Positions 63,283 to 64,000 of a DNA stretch of 64,000 nucleotides are shown piece after piece. Source of the DNA: Mobula hypostoma (lineage: Eukaryota). Under the pieces are notes generated by a model. It saw nothing but the letters and a program-made list of their open reading frames with translations, made no database searches and was not told the DNA's origin. Each line of letters opens with the position of its first letter. Positions within the stretch are counted from its first letter, which is position 1. The stretch lies in assembly GCF_963921235.1 (NCBI RefSeq), contig NC_086099.1:52390001-52454000 (forward strand). The letters are read 5' to 3'. The translations under genes and the position numbers were made by a program.

Positions 63283-63518
63283 CATTCCTGCTCTTCTTTG
63301 AATTATACCATGTAAAGACTCTTTGAATTTTTACATCCAACTGAAGGAGTAGGTAAGGACTTTAGTTTAATATATCTAAAAGGATGAGTTTGAACAGTGC
63401 AACATCACTCAGTACTGTTCTGCAGTAACAGAGATTATGTGCTTAAATTATAGAGTGAGCCTTGAACCCATGAGTGTTTAAGACAAAGGCATGAGTTCTA
63501 TTTAGCAAGCCAAAGCTA
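63283..63518 (-). mobile_element. Ancient Deu-domain SINE (SacSINE1/AmnSINE-like), decayed
   Basis: Blocks ttttacatcca, acagtgcaacatcactcagtactg, gattatgtgct and a reversed B-box cttgaaccc. Confidence 0.6.
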
Positions 63519-63615
63519 TATTTGGTTATGTGTATTTTTTTAAGTTGTTGCATTATTAACAATCATGTATCTTTCACTAACCACTGCCCGAAATTTATTA
63601 ATTTAGGATACCCAT

Positions 63616-64000
63616 CTTCTTCGATTGTCCATCGATTTCGATGTTCTCTGTATCCACGCCTTGCACGGTAATAAGACAGACAGTGTCATGCCCCCACCAT
63701 ACAGTCTCTCTGGGCATCCAAATCTGATGCTAAGTGGTACACAGGAGTGTAACAGACTTCGCGGATAAGGAAGCTGCCCCGCAGTGACAACTAACTAGTC
63801 CAGTGATACCATCTGTTGACCAGCGCTCTGCTTCCTCCGCATGCCACCGGGGTGGCTGTACCATTGACCCTTTTGTGTTCATCTGTCACAGACACCATCA
63901 GACACTCTGCCGCCGGCGTCCTCGTTGGGTGCAGCCTTTGCCGGAAGAGGCATAACCTACAAAGTAGCAAAGGCATGCTTACCTCCTTGACTTAGCTAGC
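63616..64000 (-). mobile_element. Non-autonomous RTE-derived element, running off the window end
   Basis: tcttcttcgattgtccatcgatttcgatg resembles the reverse of the RTE tail at 27440-27470 and is joined directly to non-coding CpG-rich sequence. Confidence 0.55.

Overview
Eukaryotic, repeat-dense vertebrate DNA. The repeat inventory (CR1 LINEs, RTE, Rex1/Babar, Penelope-like elements carrying minimal hammerhead ribozymes, V-SINE/HE1-like and Deu-domain SINEs) points to a cartilaginous fish, probably a ray; this is inference. I recognised no host protein-coding exon, so the window looks intronic or intergenic, and the ORF track is explained by transposon remnants and GC-rich or low-complexity sequence. 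Main structures: (1) two Gypsy LTR retrotransposons, one lacking RT and most of RNase H (7588-11124, +) and one full-length but decayed with short LTRs (14867-19269, -); (2) many Penelope-like fragments whose 3' ends carry a type I minimal hammerhead motif; (3) three TSD-flanked RTE copies, all 5'-inverted; (4) several CR1 and Rex1 copies, MITEs and bipartite non-autonomous elements. The most striking signal is a set of tiny TSD-flanked fold-back insertions made only of the Penelope 3' end. The best example is a 241-bp element with a ~200-bp palindrome that encodes a hammerhead ribozyme on both strands (17644-17884); relatives lie at 43046-43243 and 7507-7543. Coordinates of decayed repeats are approximate, and family names come from recognised motifs, not database searches.
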